Shown piece by piece: positions 11,752-20,756 of a DNA stretch of 64,000 bases; within the stretch, counting starts at the first letter, position 1; the number at the start of each line of letters is the position of its first letter. Both the position numbers and the translations under genes were made by a program. The stretch comes from a candidate division TA06 bacterium SM23_40 (GTDB lineage Bacteria; LJUI01; SM1-40). Location: positions 47 to 64,046 of the forward strand of contig LJUI01000002.1 of assembly GCA_001303705.1 (NCBI GenBank), read 5' to 3'. Below the pieces are notes generated by a model, which was not told where the DNA came from, did no database searches, and saw nothing but the letters and a program-made list of their open reading frames with translations.

Positions 11752-11969
11752 GGAAATGCATCATCTGTCAGATGGCGTGAATTGACAGGGCGCGGGTCGC
11801 AGGAGACTGAGGTCGGGGCGACGCGGCGTCGTGGAGCGATTGGGTGTGGCGGGAACGTGGGTGAGGCATTAGAATAAGGGAAGCGATCTGTCCTGTGGCA
11901 GCCCGGGACGAGTCTCGCACTATCCTGGAACGTTTCACAGGGAAGATTCGTTTCAGAAGGAGGGACACG

Positions 11970-12257
11970 GTGTCTACACTCTGGGAGCGCGTGAAGGCCG
12001 GCCTCTCGGTGGCAGCCAGGGAGGCGGAGGATCTGACGAAGATCGGCAAGCTGCGGCTCGAGATGCTCACCACCCAGCGCAACATCGACCGGGCCTTTAG
12101 CGAGCTGGGTGGTCGCGTCTACGACATGCTAACAGGCGAGCAAAAGCGAAGCGTTCCTGCCGATAAGCAGGTGAAGGAGCTCATCGAGCGGATCAAGAAA
12201 CTCGAGGAAGAGCTCGAGCGCAAGGAAAGCCAACTGGGGCGAGTCCGTGAGGAGTGA
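11970..12257 (+). CDS. small coiled-coil hypothetical protein
   Basis: GTG start 6 nt after GAAGGAGGGA. 95 aa, charged and heptad-like (KELIERIKKLEEELERKESQL). No family recognised. The track start at 11895 is less likely. Confidence 0.5.
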   Translation: MSTLWERVKAGLSVAAREAEDLTKIGKLRLEMLTTQRNIDRAFSELGGRVYDMLTGEQKRSVPADKQVKELIERIKKLEEELERKESQLGRVREE

Positions 12258-12397
12258 GCCGGTGGGGTGGTTCCGGCTCGGGTCGTTTGCCTCCGGGCCC
12301 GCAGACGGGAGGCGGGAATGCATGGCGTTATCCGCATGTCGTCGATGCAGGTCTGGAACGGGAGGTTGGTAAGGAATATGGCACGGAGGTGACGCTG

Positions 12398-12844
12398 ATG
12401 CAGCTTGAAAAATGGGAGCCGTTCAGAGAGCTGGCTACGCTCCAGGACGAGATGAATCGGCTTTTTGGACAGATCTTCGGGAGAGCTCCCGCAGGGCGAG
12501 CTGTGAGTGAAGGGATCTGGGCACCTCTTGTGGATGTGGAGGAGACGAAGGACCAGTTCGTCGTGAAGGTCGAGCTCCCGGGGATGACAAAGGACGACAT
12601 CAAGATCTCTGTAATGGGCAACGAGCTGGCGATCAGTGGAGAGCGGAAGCAGGAGGAGATCGCTGAGGAAAAGACCTACCACCGTATCGAGCGGAGCTAC
12701 GGCAGGTTCCGACGGAGTCTCTCCCTTCCTACTGATATCGAGTCCTCGAAAGTGACTGCTAGGTACGTTGATGGCGTCCTCGAGGTCGTGCTGCCCAAGA
12801 GTGAACAAGTAAAGCCAAGAGAAGTATCGATCAGCGTGAAGTAG
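12398..12844 (+). CDS. Hsp20/alpha-crystallin family small heat-shock protein
   Basis: WAPLVDVEETKDQFVVKVELPGMTKDDIKISV...ERSYGRFRRSLSLP...GVLEVVLPK. GGAGGTG RBS before the ATG at 12398. Confidence 0.9.
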   Translation: MQLEKWEPFRELATLQDEMNRLFGQIFGRAPAGRAVSEGIWAPLVDVEETKDQFVVKVELPGMTKDDIKISVMGNELAISGERKQEEIAEEKTYHRIERSYGRFRRSLSLPTDIESSKVTARYVDGVLEVVLPKSEQVKPREVSISVK

Positions 12845-12853
12845 ACCGCCGGC

Positions 12854-12913
12854 CCGCCAGGAGTGGAGACCGGCCTCTGGCTGTGCTCTCCCGACCGCCT
12901 ACACTCCTGGCGG
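12854..12913. promoter_or_regulatory. 12-bp perfect inverted repeat separated by 36 nt (hsp20-htrA intergenic)
   Basis: CCGCCAGGAGTG (12854-12865) is the exact reverse complement of CACTCCTGGCGG (12902-12913). No T-tract follows. Confidence 0.6.
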
Positions 12914-12952
12914 ACGGGGCGGCAGCATCGCTGGGAAGGTAAGAAAGACGCT

Positions 12953-14482
12953 ATGAAAGACATGAAATACGCAAACCGAAGCTGGCTGGTCGTACCAGTC
13001 ATCGCCGTCGTCTCGTTCTTCATGGGCCTGATTGTCGCCGCGAACCTCGACATCACGTCGCTCTCGCCGGCAGCGGAGAGCGTACCGAGGGAGACGGTGG
13101 AAGACAGGGCGCTGGCGGCGATCCTCACCGAAGAGGGCAAGAGTCCATTCGTGGCCGTGGCGCAGAGCGTCATGCCCGCGGTCGTCAACATATCTGCCGA
13201 ACACATCGTGAGATCCCGGACGCCCGAACTCCCATTCGGCTTCGAGTTCAGGGGGCCATTCGAGGAGATGTTCCGCGACTTTTTCCGCAATCGGCCCCCG
13301 TTCGAGGGGAAGTATAGGAGTCTTGGCTCGGGTGTGATCATCGACGGGCAGGGTTATATCCTGACGAACAATCATGTGATCGAGGATGCGGATCGTATTG
13401 TGATTCGCCTTTCCGACAAGACCGAGTACACAGGCTCGCAGGTGACGGTTGTCGGCACCGATCCGAGGACCGACCTGGCGGTGATCAAGATCGAGCCGGA
13501 GGACAAGCTCGTGGCGGCGCCGCTGGGCAACTCCGACTCGGTTCAGGTCGGCGATTGGGCCATCGCCATCGGGAATCCCTTCGGACTCGACCGCACGGTC
13601 ACTGTGGGAGTGATAAGCGCCAAAGGGAGATCGGGAATTCCGTTGTCCGGTGGGGCCACACAGCAGGACTTCATGCAGACTGATGCCTCGATCAATCCGG
13701 GAAACTCCGGGGGCCCGCTCATCAACATTCGGGGTGAGATAATAGGCATCAACTCTGCGATCACCACCAATACCGGCCTCAGTGTCGGCATTGGATTCGC
13801 CATACCGATCAACATGGCGAAGGCCGTCTACCCCCAGCTGATAGAGACCGGCAAGGTTGTGCGCGGATATCTCGGCGTCTATCTCCAGGAACTGACCGTC
13901 GATCTCGCCGAGGCGATGGGAGCAGAGCGGGGTGTCGTGGTGAACAGGGTGGAGCCGGAGACGCCCGCAGCGCGGAGCGGCATCGAGGCCGGTGATGTAA
14001 TCATCGAATACGATGGCACACCAGTCTCGTCGATCGCCCAGCTCCAGTCGCTGGTCGCCCAGACTGAGGTGGGAAAGCGCATCCCAGTCCGCGTCGTGCG
14101 GGAAGAGCGTGAGCGGACGATCCGTGTTGAGATCGGGGAGATGCCGGCAGAGGTCGCCGGTCTCCCGCCTGAGGAAGAGGCAGAGGGTGAGCGCGGCTGG
14201 CTGGGCATGGAGGTCATTGAAGTTGGTTCGGACGCCGCGCGTCGATACGGAGTGGAGGCCAAGGAAGGTGTGTTGGTGGCGGATGTCGAATTCGGCAGCC
14301 CGGCTGATGCAGCGGGTATCCGGGACGGCGATGTAATCAGGCGGATCGGGAAGGTGGATATTGAAGACGCGGGAGATTACGAACAGGCGCGGAATCGGTA
14401 TCGGGGGGAGGAGAAGCCGATCGTCTTCCTCATTCAGAGAGGTGAGGATACGAGTTTCCTGGCCGTGCGGCCGGAGGAGTAG
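12953..14482 (+). CDS. HtrA/DegP-family periplasmic serine endoprotease with two PDZ domains
   Basis: N-terminal TM/signal segment. Triad motifs TNNHVI (His), DLAVIKI (Asp) and GNSGGPL (Ser). Two PDZ-like segments. The ATG at 12953 is preferred over the track start. Confidence 0.92.
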   Translation: MKDMKYANRSWLVVPVIAVVSFFMGLIVAANLDITSLSPAAESVPRETVEDRALAAILTEEGKSPFVAVAQSVMPAVVNISAEHIVRSRTPELPFGFEFRGPFEEMFRDFFRNRPPFEGKYRSLGSGVIIDGQGYILTNNHVIEDADRIVIRLSDKTEYTGSQVTVVGTDPRTDLAVIKIEPEDKLVAAPLGNSDSVQVGDWAIAIGNPFGLDRTVTVGVISAKGRSGIPLSGGATQQDFMQTDASINPGNSGGPLINIRGEIIGINSAITTNTGLSVGIGFAIPINMAKAVYPQLIETGKVVRGYLGVYLQELTVDLAEAMGAERGVVVNRVEPETPAARSGIEAGDVIIEYDGTPVSSIAQLQSLVAQTEVGKRIPVRVVREERERTIRVEIGEMPAEVAGLPPEEEAEGERGWLGMEVIEVGSDAARRYGVEAKEGVLVADVEFGSPADAAGIRDGDVIRRIGKVDIEDAGDYEQARNRYRGEEKPIVFLIQRGEDTSFLAVRPEE

Positions 14483-14508
14483 CTCCGGGACCATGGAGTG
14501 CCGCCGCA

Positions 14509-15414
14509 GTGATCGGATCCTGCGCGGCTGACAATAGCGCCCCTTTTCGAGACCCAGAGACGACCGTGACCGACGGTAGCACCGCCCACAAGGCCGACCA
14601 GAAGTCGCTCGCGATATATCTCAAGGAGATCAGCGAGGTGAATCTCCTCTCTCCAGAGGAGGAGATCGAGCTGGCTGCAAGAACGCGGAAAGGAGATGAG
14701 GCGGCTCTGGAGCGGCTCATCTCGGCGAATCTGCGCTTCGTCGTCTCAATAGCGAAGGTCTACCAGAACCGTGGTCTCTCGCTCACCGACCTCATCAATG
14801 AGGGGAATCTCGGGCTTCTTCGGGCAGCCAGGCGGTTCGATGAACGCAAGGGGATCCGGTTCATTTCGTATGCCGTCTGGTGGATACGTCATTCCATCCT
14901 GAAGGCTCTCGCCGAGCAGTCCAAGATCGTCCGGCTTCCCCTCAACAAGACCGAGCGCCTGAGGAGAATCGCCAAGGCGGCCAAAGAGCTGGGCCAGAAG
15001 CGGGGACGTGACCCAACGGTCGATGAGATAGCCAGGCAGCTGAAGGTCGAGGCCAGTGAAGTCTCCGATGCGATGGCCATTGCCAAGAGTGACATCTCTC
15101 TCGATGCGCCGGTCACTGAGGAAGATGACTGCCTGGTCAACATCATTGAGGCGACAACGTACCCGTCACCGGAGGAGTTGACGAAGCGGAATACGTTCCG
15201 AGACGAGCTGGAACGGGCGCTCGACATACTGACCCCGCGCGAAGCGAGAATACTCATCCTCTATTTCGGCCTGGGCGAGGAGAATCCTCATACCCTCGAG
15301 GAGATCGGCGCGCAGATGCGCCTGTCGCGGGAGAGGGTGAGGCAGATCAAAGAGAAGGCTCTGAAGAAGCTCCGTCACTCTCCCGAGAGCGTAAGGCTGC
15401 GGATATATCTGTAA
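14509..15414 (+). CDS. sigma-70 family RNA polymerase sigma factor, short RpoD-like (FCB-type) form
   Basis: Region 2 NLRFVVSIAKVY...EGNLGLLRAARRFD...FISYAVWWIRHSI. Region 4.2 TLEEIGAQMRLSRERVRQIKEKALKKLR. No long region 1.1. Confidence 0.9.
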   Translation: MIGSCAADNSAPFRDPETTVTDGSTAHKADQKSLAIYLKEISEVNLLSPEEEIELAARTRKGDEAALERLISANLRFVVSIAKVYQNRGLSLTDLINEGNLGLLRAARRFDERKGIRFISYAVWWIRHSILKALAEQSKIVRLPLNKTERLRRIAKAAKELGQKRGRDPTVDEIARQLKVEASEVSDAMAIAKSDISLDAPVTEEDDCLVNIIEATTYPSPEELTKRNTFRDELERALDILTPREARILILYFGLGEENPHTLEEIGAQMRLSRERVRQIKEKALKKLRHSPESVRLRIYL

Positions 15415-15423
15415 AAAAAATCC

Positions 15424-15452
15424 TTGACTTATCGGCGGGATTTCCGTACTTT
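15424..15452 (+). promoter_or_regulatory. sigma-70-type promoter candidate
   Basis: TTGACT, 17 nt, TACTTT. Upstream of the M23 peptidase gene. Confidence 0.4.
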
Positions 15453-15597
15453 TTGGTGTCAATATCTGTATGTGGATACCCGGCAAGGACGGAGACCGCC
15501 TGGCGGCCTGACATGATCAGGCTGGGTGGTCGGGGGGCCAGGTACAAGCAGGGCTGAGGAGACTCGGCTCTTTCCATAACAGATGCAGGGGGATGAG

Positions 15598-16530
15598 ATG
15601 ATCCGTCGATACATCACGCTGCTGCTGATCCCGCACCCGTCGCGGGGTGTGCAGACGTTGAGGCTGTCGCATGCCGCGATCCTCGGCGTAGCGGCACTTG
15701 TCGTAATCTTTTTCGGTGCTGTTGTCTTTGTGACGGTTGGATACGTCACGACGGTCGTCGATCAGGCCACGCTTGCACGCCTGCAGAGCGAGAATGCCGA
15801 TCTCGTCGAGAGACTGGGCGAAATGCAGAGCAATATTGATGAGATGCATGATCAGATGACGCTCCTTGCGGATCTCGATCGGACAATCCGTCTCCAGGCC
15901 GACCTCGACCCCCTGCCGGTGGGGGCAAGAAATATGGGCATGGGCGGCGGGGGCCCTGTAGAGGAAATGGGGGCGATCAGAGAGCCCCTCATTATGACCG
16001 CCACGGAGATGGCCGAGGATACCCGCACGGATCTGGAACGATTGATGCAGGACGTCCTCTCCCAAAAGGAGAGTTTCCAGGAGATCCTGGGTGCGCTCGA
16101 GCGCCAGGCGCATCTACGCAGGCATACGCCCTCGATCAGGCCCGCGACCGGCTGGACCTCCAGTCGATATGGGTACCGCCGGGATCCGTTCACCCATAAG
16201 ATGCGGTGGCACACGGGGATAGACATCAGCGCGCCTCGCGGAACGCCAATCGTGGCAACAGCTGACGGCATTGTCTCATATGTCGGGCGGCGAGGGCGCT
16301 TGGGGCGGGTCGTGGAGATCGACCACGGCTATGGATTCTCGACCATGTACGGCCATTGCTCTATAATCCAAGTGCGCAAGGGGGAGAGAGTCTCGAGGGG
16401 GCAGGTCATTGCATCGATGGGGAGCAGCGGCCGCTCCACAGGTTCACACGTACATTATGAGGTCCGCGTCAGCGGGACGCCGGTCAATCCCAAACACTAC
16501 TTCCTGGCGACGGGGGGCACGATCGACTAG
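15598..16530 (+). CDS. M23 family metallopeptidase (LytM-type murein endopeptidase)
   Basis: N-terminal TM segment and coiled coil. HTGIDISAPRGTPI and GRSTGSHVHYEVRV motifs. An alternative start at 15583 is possible. Confidence 0.9.
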   Translation: MIRRYITLLLIPHPSRGVQTLRLSHAAILGVAALVVIFFGAVVFVTVGYVTTVVDQATLARLQSENADLVERLGEMQSNIDEMHDQMTLLADLDRTIRLQADLDPLPVGARNMGMGGGGPVEEMGAIREPLIMTATEMAEDTRTDLERLMQDVLSQKESFQEILGALERQAHLRRHTPSIRPATGWTSSRYGYRRDPFTHKMRWHTGIDISAPRGTPIVATADGIVSYVGRRGRLGRVVEIDHGYGFSTMYGHCSIIQVRKGERVSRGQVIASMGSSGRSTGSHVHYEVRVSGTPVNPKHYFLATGGTID

Positions 16531-16610
16531 CGCACTGGGGCCGATGCTGGACTCTGCGGGCCCATTCGAGCGATATAGTAGTGTCTATCGACAGGTCAAT
16601 GAGCAGACGA

Positions 16611-16637
16611 GAGAGTCCGAAAGGGCTCTCTTTTTCT
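16611..16637 (+). terminator. rho-independent terminator
   Basis: GAGAGTCC-GAAA-GGGCTCTC (8-bp stem including one G-U pair, GAAA tetraloop) followed by TTTTTCT. Confidence 0.7.
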
Positions 16638-16656
16638 CATGTGGGGAAGGGTAGCT

Positions 16657-18012
16657 ATGAATCGATTCCTCCGTATCACAGTGGTACTGGTCCTCTATGC
16701 GGCGATCGCCTCCGGCTGTGCCACAGTCAGCACGAGCCCGAGGGCGCGCCACAGCCGGGGCCCGATCACCGAATGGAGACTGAATAACGGACTCACGGTC
16801 ATCGTTGAGGAGCGGCGCCATGCGCCTGTCAGCGCTGTAGCGCTCTGGCTGCGCATCGGCTCGTGTCAGGACAGCGATTCACTTGCCGGGATTGCGCATT
16901 TCATGGAGCACATGTTCTTCAAGGGTACTGAGAATCTCCCTGTAGGCGAAGTCGACAGGAGGATCGAGAGTATGGGAGGGAGCTGGAACGGCGCCACCTC
17001 CTATGACTTCACGGAGTACTACGTCGTCGTGGGTGATGAACACGTTGACTCAGTGATGGCGATCCTGAGCGAGGTGGCGCAGCATAGTTCGTTCGCGCCC
17101 ATCGAGGTGGAGCACGAGCGCATGGTGGTGATGGAGGAGATCCGCATGAATATAGACGATCCCTGGGAGCAGGTGTGGGATCTGTTCATGTCGGCCGCGT
17201 TCACCCGTCATCCCTACAGGAGGCCGATCCTGGGAACGATGGAGACGGTGAAGGGGATGACGCGCGACGATCTCCTTACCCGATCCCGTTGCGCCTACGC
17301 GCCGGCCAATCTCTATCTCGTGGTAGTGGGAAACGTGGATCGCCAGGCGGTCCTCGATCGTGCAGAGGAGCATTTCGGGAGCGAGGACTGGGGATCGAGG
17401 GCGCCGTTGCCGCCGGCGGGAGAGGAGTCGGCTCTGAAGGAGACGAGGCGGGTGAGGATCACCAGGCCGCTCGATCACGCATACATGATGTTGGGCTTCC
17501 GTTCGCCACGTGCCCGAGATAGATCGAGTGTCGCCGCCGACGTGCTGGCTGCCATTCTCGGTCGAGGAAGAAGCTCGCGCCTGGTGAAGGTTTTGAAAGA
17601 GGAACGCGGGATTGTCTCGGAGATCAGCGCATCCAACCTGTCGATGCGTGATGCCGGTATCCTCTACATCGAGGCCGAATGTGACGGCGATCGAGTCGAT
17701 GACGTCGAGGAGGCCATTCTCAAAGTGATCGGCGGGCTCGTGCGAGAGGGGGTGTCGCCGCGTGAGGTTGCGCGGGCCCGGGCGATGCTCAGGGCGCAGA
17801 ACATCTTCGAGCGCGAGACGGTGGAGGGGGAGGCGGACTTCCTCGGATACTCTGCGGTCACCACCGGCCTTGTGGGAGGGCTCACCTATCTCGAGAATAT
17901 CGATCGTGTCTCGGCTAGGGACGTCAACCGGGTCGCCAGGCGGTATCTTAGAGGGGGCCATGCACTCGCCGTTGTGTCGCCCGAGCCGGTGCCTGCCGAG
18001 GGCGTGCAGTGA
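16657..18012 (+). CDS. M16 (pitrilysin/insulinase) family zinc peptidase, catalytic-type subunit
   Basis: Lipoprotein-type signal (IASGC). Inverted zinc motif HFMEH in GIAHFMEHMFFKG. Confidence 0.88.
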   Translation: MNRFLRITVVLVLYAAIASGCATVSTSPRARHSRGPITEWRLNNGLTVIVEERRHAPVSAVALWLRIGSCQDSDSLAGIAHFMEHMFFKGTENLPVGEVDRRIESMGGSWNGATSYDFTEYYVVVGDEHVDSVMAILSEVAQHSSFAPIEVEHERMVVMEEIRMNIDDPWEQVWDLFMSAAFTRHPYRRPILGTMETVKGMTRDDLLTRSRCAYAPANLYLVVVGNVDRQAVLDRAEEHFGSEDWGSRAPLPPAGEESALKETRRVRITRPLDHAYMMLGFRSPRARDRSSVAADVLAAILGRGRSSRLVKVLKEERGIVSEISASNLSMRDAGILYIEAECDGDRVDDVEEAILKVIGGLVREGVSPREVARARAMLRAQNIFERETVEGEADFLGYSAVTTGLVGGLTYLENIDRVSARDVNRVARRYLRGGHALAVVSPEPVPAEGVQ

Positions 18013-18067
18013 GCCGCCGTGCGGGTTGCAGTGAGAACGGCAGTCGAGACGACGAGGAGGATGGGGA

Positions 18068-19426
18068 ATGAGAGGATGGCACGAGGAACGTGAGGCAGGG
18101 CGGCTGATCGGGAGCTGGATGTGTGGTTTGCTGATTCTCCCGGCGATCTTCTCGCTCCTTTTCGTTTCGCCCGGGGGGGCCCAGGAGCTCGGTCGGTTCG
18201 TGCTCGACAATGGTCTCGTGGTCATCGTGGAATCGAGTGCCGAGTCGAAGACCGAGGCGTTCGAACTCTTCATCCGAGTTGGCGTGGCCGACGAACCTCC
18301 GGAAGCGAACGGCATCACCAACCTCGTGCAGCATGTGCTCCTCAAGTCTACAGAGACGAGAGATGCGACGGCCATCGCGAACGCGATCGAGGATGTCGGC
18401 GGCGTGCTGGATGCCGAAGCAGAGACCGACGTGGCACGCGTCAGCTGTCTCGTCACCGCCGATGTCTACCAGATCGGTCTCGAGATACTCGCGGATGTAG
18501 TCGCCCGCCCGACCTTTCCAGAAGAGGAGATCGAGAAGGAGAAGGCCGCCATCGTGGCCGAGATCGGCGCGCAAGAGGATCAGAGCTTTTCCTTTGCCTA
18601 CCACAGGCTCCGCCGGGCCATGTACGGGGGACATCCGTACGGAAGGTCGCCCGTGGGAACCGTTTCTTGCGTCTCGCGTCTGACGCGCGAGGATGTCCTC
18701 GATCACTACCGAAGATACTACCGTGCGCCGAACATGGTGCTTTCGGTCGCCGGAGGAATTCCGGTCGCAGAGATGCGGGAGGCGATCGAGCGGGAGTTTG
18801 CTTCACTTTCCGGAGACGAGGTCGAGCGCCTCCCGTCGTCCGCGGTAGTGTGGCCAGAACGGGGGGGGGAGAGGACATACGACCGGGAGATCCTTCAGAG
18901 TTACATTCTTATCGGCTATCCCGGCGCACGCATAACGAGTGAGGACTACGTGCCTCTGAAGGTGCTCGACGCCGTGCTGAGTGGGGGTATGAGCTCCCGT
19001 CTCTTCGTCAATGTGAGAGACAGGAAGGGTCTTGCCTATGATGTCGGTTCTTTCATTCCCACGAGGCGGGATCCGGCCCCGTTCGTCATCTATCTCGGCA
19101 CCAATCCAGCGACTGCCCGACAGGCTGTTGCTGCTCTGGAGCACGAGACTGAGCGTGTGCGTGAAGAGCCCGTCCCTGATGAGGAGGTCGAGCGGTCCAA
19201 ACGGTATCTGTCAGGCAGATGGAGGGCCGAACATCAGCGGAGTTCCGACCGGGCATACTACCGGGGATGGTTCGAGGTGCTTGGGATAGGATACGAATTC
19301 GATAATCGCTATCCTCTCCTCATAGAGACCGTCACCTGGGAAGATCTCGCCGAAGCCGCTCAGACCTATCTGAAAAATCCTACCCTTGTCATGCTGAAGC
19401 CGATCGGCATGGAGACAGACTGGTAG
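18068..19426 (+). CDS. M16 family peptidase-like protein lacking the HxxEH motif
   Basis: Same fold signature (RLFVNVRDRKGLAYDV). The equivalent N-terminal site reads GITNLVQHVLLKS, with no HxxEH. Start uncertain (18068 or 18119). Confidence 0.85.
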   Translation: MRGWHEEREAGRLIGSWMCGLLILPAIFSLLFVSPGGAQELGRFVLDNGLVVIVESSAESKTEAFELFIRVGVADEPPEANGITNLVQHVLLKSTETRDATAIANAIEDVGGVLDAEAETDVARVSCLVTADVYQIGLEILADVVARPTFPEEEIEKEKAAIVAEIGAQEDQSFSFAYHRLRRAMYGGHPYGRSPVGTVSCVSRLTREDVLDHYRRYYRAPNMVLSVAGGIPVAEMREAIEREFASLSGDEVERLPSSAVVWPERGGERTYDREILQSYILIGYPGARITSEDYVPLKVLDAVLSGGMSSRLFVNVRDRKGLAYDVGSFIPTRRDPAPFVIYLGTNPATARQAVAALEHETERVREEPVPDEEVERSKRYLSGRWRAEHQRSSDRAYYRGWFEVLGIGYEFDNRYPLLIETVTWEDLAEAAQTYLKNPTLVMLKPIGMETDW

Positions 19427-19597
19427 CCCCCGATCGACTCCGCTAAGGCTCTGTTGACGCCCGTACCCGATGTGTCGGTCTGTGCGGCCGTGCCCGCCCT
19501 GCTCTCACACGGCATGGAGCGGCATTCGGTGGCTCTGTGCGGGCTCCGCCGCCGGTGGGAGGAACGGCGGCCTGTGCGAGGGTCCTCTAAAAACTGG

Positions 19598-19626
19598 TTG
19601 ACATCGCATGAGGCCTGATGTAGGTT
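19598..19626 (+). promoter_or_regulatory. sigma-70-type promoter candidate
   Basis: TTGACA, 17 nt, TAGGTT. Lies 64 nt upstream of the TPR lipoprotein ATG. Confidence 0.45.
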
Positions 19627-19689
19627 GGTGCGGAGCGGCTACTGCTTCCTTCAGTCTCGTATAATCCGCCTTCAACAGGGGGGCGTGCA

Positions 19690-20619
19690 ATGAACGTGCG
19701 GTCCGGTCTGATGCTGCTGATCATATTCGGCTGTCTTGCGGTGCTGGGATGTGCCAGCCAGTACCTGACGGCGGGGAAGGTTTATCTCCAACAGAATGAC
19801 TACGACGCCGCGATAGAGCAATTCAACAAGGCGCTCGAGGCCAATCCCAATGATGCGGAAGCGCATATCTGGTTAGGGAGGACATACGCACAGCAGAGGA
19901 AGTACGCTGCAGCGAGTGAGGAGTTGGATAAGGCACTGGAGATAGATCCCGGCAAGATGGGCACCTACCAGAAGGAGCCGCAGATCTATTGGGCGATCTA
20001 TCAGAACGCAGGTATTGAGCTGAATACTGCGGGTGATTTTCGGGGAGCGCATGATCGTTTCTGGAGAGCTCTGGAGATCGACTCGACTAGAGCATCGACG
20101 AAGGAGGCGTTGGGCCTCGTGGGCGTGAATGAGGCCGTTGAGCTCATCGCGGTCGAGGACTACGAGAAAGCGCTCGAAGAGCTCGATTCGGCGATCGAGA
20201 TATACCCCCATATGTCCCGGGCATACTTTCTCAAGGGTGTGTGCCTCATGAATATCGAGAGGCGGGAGGATGCGAAGGCCGCCTTTCAGGCAGCGATCGG
20301 CCTGGACCCGGAGGACCGTGATTCGTACTTCAATCTCGGGCTTCTCCATATCCTTATGGAAGAACATGAGAAGGCGATACCACTCTTTCAGAAAGTAATC
20401 GAGCTCGATGAGACGGATGCTGAAGGATGGTCGTACCTTGGTTTGGCGTACGTCAACGCCAAGGAGTTTGATACTGCGATCCAGGCACTCGAGCGGGCGG
20501 TAGAGCTCGATCCATTGCGCGCCTCGACGTACGCGAACCTGGGAATCGCCTATCGGGAGATGGGAATGCAGGAGAAAGCGTTTGAGGCGTTCAAGAGAGC
20601 AGACGAACTGTCGCAGTAA
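19690..20619 (+). CDS. TPR-repeat lipoprotein
   Basis: Signal peptide with lipobox LGC. Repeated 34-aa A/Y/L patterns (AIEQFNKALEANPNDAEAHIWLGRTY and similar). Confidence 0.8.
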   Translation: MNVRSGLMLLIIFGCLAVLGCASQYLTAGKVYLQQNDYDAAIEQFNKALEANPNDAEAHIWLGRTYAQQRKYAAASEELDKALEIDPGKMGTYQKEPQIYWAIYQNAGIELNTAGDFRGAHDRFWRALEIDSTRASTKEALGLVGVNEAVELIAVEDYEKALEELDSAIEIYPHMSRAYFLKGVCLMNIERREDAKAAFQAAIGLDPEDRDSYFNLGLLHILMEEHEKAIPLFQKVIELDETDAEGWSYLGLAYVNAKEFDTAIQALERAVELDPLRASTYANLGIAYREMGMQEKAFEAFKRADELSQ

Positions 20620-20756
20620 GGACCTGCCGGTACTGGTGAGTATCCCGGCTGGAGTTTCGGTGCCCACTCAGCGCGGGAAGAGAGTGGGGAGAGTGTGTGA
20701 TCGACCGGAGAGGATAACGCAGGCGAGCGCGATAGGACCTAGGGGAGACGCCTCTG

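Noticed and set aside
12354-12370. Sigma-54-like element TGGAAC-N-TTGG upstream of hsp20
   Set aside because: The GG-to-TTG spacing is one nt longer than the strict -24/-12 geometry, and the -12 element is TTGG rather than TTGC. No enhancer-binding protein gene is nearby.
12899-14494. 531-aa minus-strand ORF covering the whole htrA gene
   Set aside because: This is a shadow ORF, as expected in GC-rich DNA. Its translation is Arg/His/Pro/Asp-rich with no motifs. The + strand frame has a complete HtrA triad and PDZ domains.
17050-18456. 468-aa minus-strand ORF. Similar long antisense ORFs lie at 36475..37581, 40591..41802, 44506..45573, 56265..57644 and 62190..63320.
   Set aside because: Each one lies antisense to a confidently identified + strand gene, has a low-complexity R/P/H/D-rich composition, and has no RBS or family signature.
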